Source of the DNA: a virus
DNA length: 31,424 nucleotides
Strand: one strand, 5' to 3'
IMG/VR virus record: IMGVR_UViG_3300000133_000001
Coordinates: 1-31,424 of that record
Positions 31,074 to 31,424 of this stretch are shown in pieces. The notes beneath the pieces were generated by a model. It was not told the origin of the DNA. It did not search any database and was given only the letters and a program-made list of their open reading frames with translations. The first letter of the stretch is position 1. Each line of letters begins with the position of its first letter. Made by a program: the position numbers and the translations under genes.

Positions 31074-31424
31074 CATAAAACTAATTAAAACACCAATACA
31101 AGCATATAAATTATTATTAGAAAAAACTGATGTAGATGTATATAAAAAAACTAGGGTACGAGTAGTGATAGAACATCGTGCTTTTTTTTGTTATATATTA
31201 AGAAAGAAGTTTAAAATGACATATCACGCAATAGCAATTTTTATGCGTAAACAATCAGAGATAAATTCTTATGATCACGCAACTGCAATACACGCAGTAA
31301 GACAATTTGATATATACAAAAAAGCATCATTTGAATATTTTGATAAACTTGAAAGTCATTTTATTATACCAAAGCATTTTGAATACTCTGAACTTTCTAA
31401 ACTATTAACTGTTCAAAAAGATTA
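31066..31424 (+). CDS. 5' part of the DnaA-IV-like gene (duplicate of 365..723), truncated by the window end
   Basis: Identical sequence at offset 30701. Confidence 0.6.
   Translation, partial: MDSIKLIKTPIQAYKLLLEKTDVDVYKKTRVRVVIEHRAFFCYILRKKFKMTYHAIAIFMRKQSEINSYDHATAIHAVRQFDIYKKASFEYFDKLESHFIIPKHFEYSELSKLLTVQKD

Larger units (their letters stand above)
30702..31424. repeat. Terminal direct repeat, copy 2 (matches 1..723)
   Basis: Same as copy 1. Implies a unit genome of 30,701 bp. Confidence 0.95.

Noticed and set aside
1-31424. CRISPR arrays, integrase/excisionase/repressor genes, transposases, or defence islands
   Set aside because: There are no regularly spaced direct repeats, no tyrosine or serine recombinase motifs, and no DDE transposase-like ORF in any frame. 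The only repeats are the terminal redundancy, the promoter boxes and the intragenic fibre repeats.

Overview
The window holds a complete, terminally redundant genome of a tailed dsDNA phage. The unit length is 30,701 bp. Bases 1-723 recur at 30702-31424 (start checked base by base; identical ORFs in the track), and the repeat boundary falls inside a gene, so this looks like a circular or permuted genome opened at an arbitrary point. The sequence is AT-rich. All credible genes are on the + strand and tightly packed, with many ATGA, TAATG and GTGA start/stop overlaps and no obvious Shine-Dalgarno sites. Three promoters fit the Bacteroidota TTTG-N19-TAnnTTTG architecture, so a Flavobacteriia/Bacteroidota host is likely (inference). 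I found no integrase, repressor, tRNA, CRISPR array or DNA polymerase, which suggests a virulent phage with a minimal replication module. Gene order: (a) 29.7 kb, across the junction, to 3.3 kb: FEN-type 5'-3' exonuclease, DnaA-domain-IV-like HTH protein, C5 cytosine methyltransferase and a PP-loop/PAPS-reductase-family enzyme. (b) 3.4-5.5 kb: small and large terminase plus tiny Cys-rich ORFs. (c) 5.6-12.4 kb: tail/baseplate-type genes, including a T10 slippery tract with overlapping alternative reading frames and a tape-measure-like protein. (d) 12.4-15.9 kb: XkdF-type protease, acidic scaffold-like protein, HK97-fold major capsid protein and a tube-like protein. (e) 16.0-23.7 kb: portal with a C-terminal fusion, an adaptor and a 1396-aa internally duplicated fibre. 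(f) 23.7-25.0 kb: lysis cassette. (g) 25.2-29.7 kb: early genes (NinG/Rap-like, SSB-like with a DDLPF tail, RecA-fold helicase-like ATPase, ECF-like sigma factor, two PD-(D/E)xK-like proteins). The most interesting signal is a likely phage-specific late transcription system. A 10-nt box, CGTTATATA(A/T), occurs five times, each with a TRYAAA block exactly 15 nt upstream. Every copy sits directly in front of a structural or packaging operon, usually 2-5 nt from the ATG. The phage also encodes its own sigma-like protein in an early operon driven by host-type promoters. All minus-strand ORFs in the track look like shadow ORFs.
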